From the IMG/VR virus record IMGVR_UViG_3300025913_000020: a stretch of 64,000 nucleotides of DNA; one strand, given 5' to 3'. Numbering within the stretch: position 1 is the first letter of the stretch; each line of letters starts with the position of its first letter. Under the pieces are notes generated by a model. That model had not been told where the DNA came from and ran no database searches. It saw nothing but the letters and a program-made list of their open reading frames with translations. This document shows positions 63,254-64,000 of this stretch, one piece after another. Source of the stretch: a virus (Duplodnaviria > Heunggongvirae > Uroviricota > Caudoviricetes). Both the position numbers and the translations under genes were made by a program.

Positions 63254-63282
63254 TTGCATTTTAAGTCAAATAAGTGTAAACA
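63254..63282 (+). promoter_or_regulatory. sigma70-like promoter with TGTAAACA
   Basis: TTGCAT-N17-TAAACA, 9 nt before ATG 63292. Confidence 0.5.
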
Positions 63283-63291
63283 TTTTTCCGT

Positions 63292-64000
63292 ATGAAAAAT
63301 ATCTACCTAACCATCACCCTCTTATTAACCCTCGTGCGCGCCAACGCGGACACTGTTCAATACATGAAACAGATGGTCACAGGCCGCAATGTTTACGCGC
63401 CTTGCGTTATCTACGACGCCCAGGCGAACAAGTATAAAATGTGGTACGGCGGCTGGCAGAACAGCAACAACGTGCCTAACGACGACATCTGGTACCGCGA
63501 GTCCACGGACGGCACAAACTGGACCACCGCGCCGACCAAGGTCATCGACCACAACACGCTCGGGATGTATCACGTCAATGACCCCACGGTGATCAAAGCC
63601 TGGAATGCCGTGCTCCACACCAACATGTATTGGATTTACTTCACCGCCATTGCCTGCGACCCGAATACCTGCGACATCACCAACCATCACATCTGGGCGG
63701 CCAGTGGTTTCGACGGCAAGACCTTTGGCGCTTACACGAAGGTCATCGACGGCTACAACGGCGCAGGCGTGTTCGCTCCGTCCGTGGTCAGCATCGACCC
63801 GACCAATGGAGATTTCTGGCTTTACTATCAGATCACGGGCGTCGCTGATCGCATCATCCTGACCAAACTTACGGGCGGCACGACCGTCACAACCACGGAG
63901 GAAGTCTTCGTCTCGCCCCAGGATGGCGCGCACAACCCGGACGTGGCGATCCTGCCGGATGGAACCTGGTCGATGTGTTACAACCGCATTACGTCCAGCA
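63292..64000 (+). CDS. Secreted five-bladed beta-propeller glycoside-hydrolase-like protein (partial)
   Basis: Manual translation MKNIYLTITLLLTLVRANA (signal) ... VYAPCVI...YKMWYGG...IWY.ES.DG.NW...VNDPTVI...APSVV...NPDV; open to the window edge. Confidence 0.7.
   Translation, partial: MKNIYLTITLLLTLVRANADTVQYMKQMVTGRNVYAPCVIYDAQANKYKMWYGGWQNSNNVPNDDIWYRESTDGTNWTTAPTKVIDHNTLGMYHVNDPTVIKAWNAVLHTNMYWIYFTAIACDPNTCDITNHHIWAASGFDGKTFGAYTKVIDGYNGAGVFAPSVVSIDPTNGDFWLYYQITGVADRIILTKLTGGTTVTTTEEVFVSPQDGAHNPDVAILPDGTWSMCYNRITSS

Noticed and set aside
1-64000. Genome-wide TAG recoding (genetic code 15)
   Set aside because: All long conserved genes are intact under code 11, and several TAG stops are followed at once by other stops (18221 TAG-TGA, 46150 TAG-GTT-CTA-TAA).
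1-64000. CRISPR array, rRNA, integrase or IS element
   Set aside because: No regularly spaced repeats, rRNA-like sequence or recombinase/transposase motifs were seen.

Overview
The window is best read as 64 kb of a large lytic (jumbo-type) bacteriophage genome, not a host chromosome. Gene packing is very dense with many ATGA overlaps, and about 90 short, mostly co-directional hypothetical ORFs lie from about 27 kb onward. No rRNA or core housekeeping operons are present. In order: a partial uracil-DNA-glycosylase-like ORF, a DnaB-like helicase, a 10-gene glycosyltransferase/methyltransferase/WbqC cluster, a stand-alone NrdJ-type TSCPD protein, a baseplate J-like and a virion structural gene, a DinG-like Fe-S helicase, a cluster of acidic probable head-internal proteins, RusA, a sigma-region-4/alpha-CTD-like fusion, a 1383-aa polyvalent protein (CarS-like, ART-like, inorganic-pyrophosphatase-like, C39 peptidase, GNAT domains), Gmm-type Nudix, dUTPase, a LuxR-type HTH and a secreted beta-propeller glycosidase-like gene. 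Several proteins resemble Verrucomicrobiota families, suggesting that host (inference). The main discovery is a canonical tRNA with an amber-suppressor CUA anticodon (28846-28920, minus strand) directly upstream of a Pth2-family peptidyl-tRNA hydrolase. That gene's only promoter-proximal in-frame ATG is separated from the catalytic domain by two in-frame TAG codons, in a genome that otherwise uses TAG as a normal stop. Other findings are three recurring upstream motif classes (operator-overlapped sigma70-like promoters, GTTCT-N7-start, GTAGTTA-N4-start) and a perfect parS-like palindrome. Family assignments come from motif recognition by eye; no database searches were run.
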